A DNA stretch of 64,000 nt from a virus (Duplodnaviria; Caudoviricetes): IMG/VR virus record IMGVR_UViG_3300027804_001810, positions 10,771 through 74,770 of that record; one strand, 5' to 3'. A program made the position numbers and the translations under genes. This document shows positions 63,290 to 64,000 of this stretch, piece by piece. The notes below the pieces were generated by a model, which was not told where the DNA came from, did not search any database, and saw only the letters and a list, made by a program, of their open reading frames with translations. Numbering within the stretch: position 1 is the stretch's first letter; each line of letters starts with the position of its first letter.

Positions 63290-63826
63290 TCAGACTCCCT
63301 TTACAGGCATTCCTGGTTTTGAAAGTATTTTATTATTGAGTTCTATTGCGTTTCTTTTCTGCTTATTTGTTTTTGGACCCTTATTTACAAACTGGTCAAA
63401 GTCATCAAGAGGGTCATCCGCATTATACCCAAAAGTTGAGTGTTTTTCAACAATACTATGCTTCCACTCTTCACTCATATTCGCCATAATAGCAAGTGCT
63501 GCCTTGTTGGTATCAGCATAACCTTCGGCAACTAGGTGCTCAAGGATATAGTCGAAGAGGTCGGTTTCTACTTCTTCTTTGTTGAGTTCTGCAGCTCTCC
63601 TTTTTGCTTTGTTTCCTGCACCCCTATCTCTATTTGCTCCCTGAGTGTCTGCCCAATAATCCTTATTTCTTCTATTCATTTCACCACCAACACTACGTTC
63701 TTCTGGAGGAGCACTTCTTCCACCACGTTTTCTCATTGATCCAAATTTAGGATCTAATGCTTCATCAAGTTCTTGATAAACCTGATTATAAGCTTCTTGA
63801 AGGGCACGAAGTTCTTGCGAGTTCAT
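63290..63826 (-). CDS. Late protein, putative internal head protein
   Basis: TATAAATA at 63853-63846; DLFDYILEHLVAEGYADT motif. Confidence 0.6.
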   Translation of the reverse strand: MNSQELRALQEAYNQVYQELDEALDPKFGSMRKRGGRSAPPEERSVGGEMNRRNKDYWADTQGANRDRGAGNKAKRRAAELNKEEVETDLFDYILEHLVAEGYADTNKAALAIMANMSEEWKHSIVEKHSTFGYNADDPLDDFDQFVNKGPKTNKQKRNAIELNNKILSKPGMPVKGV

Positions 63827-63840
63827 TTTACAACTACTTT

Positions 63841-63987
63841 TTAGTTATTTATAAAATAAGAAGCGTCCCCGTGATGGAGACGCTTCTTGAGTGCTTGGCG
63901 ACGTGCCTTTGCTTGTCGGAGTGCTTGCGGTTTCAGTTTCCGCTTCTGCTCCTTTTTAGAATGGTGATACCTATTTGGTACTAACAT
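63841..63987 (-). CDS. Small basic protein (48 aa), not in ORF track
   Basis: MLVPNRYHHSKKEQKRKLKPQALRQAKARR...; AGGAG RBS. Confidence 0.6.
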   Translation of the reverse strand: MLVPNRYHHSKKEQKRKLKPQALRQAKARRQALKKRLHHGDASYFINN

Positions 63988-64000
63988 AACCTTTCTCCTT

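Noticed and set aside
62497-63339. 280-aa plus-strand ORF
   Set aside because: Antisense to the vWA gene; its hydrophobic composition is the mirror of an acidic linker.

Overview
64 kb from the genome of a T4-like cyanomyophage (Kyanoviridae-type), almost entirely on the minus strand. From right to left in transcription order it has four parts. (1) The T4 core replication block: vWA/peptidase plus CobS-like AAA ATPase, gp45, gp44, dam, gp62, regA, hsp20, gp43, uvsX, gp41, mazG, gp61, nrdA and nrdB, interspersed with late-promoter-driven putative internal head proteins. (2) A lysis and envelope block: C39 peptidase and lysozyme sharing an N-terminal domain, an autotransporter-like protein, a lipase, a thermonuclease, a four-gene plus-strand secreted-protein cassette and a lytic hydrolase. 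(3) A tRNA and auxiliary-metabolism island: seven of the nine tRNAs, an HNH endonuclease, a Som-type porin, PstS with a Pho box, Dps, PTOX, and a 40-codon ndhP missed by the ORF track. (4) A >15 kb nucleotide-sugar/glycan cluster running off the left edge: rmlA, gmd, colD-like, GME-like epimerase, GT-like proteins, methyltransferases, rfbH/E1, YerE-like ThDP enzyme, panB-like, a reductase and split hldE. The strongest candidates for something undescribed are: an E1 + ThDP + PanB + reductase module that may build an extended branched-chain dideoxy sugar; a compact kink-turn RNA with its own promoter in front of tRNA-Gly; a manA-like RNA apparently interrupted by a small ORF; translationally coupled PTOX-ndhP; and T4 capsid-targeting-like N-termini on an enzyme. 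All family assignments come from motif recognition by eye; no database searches were run.
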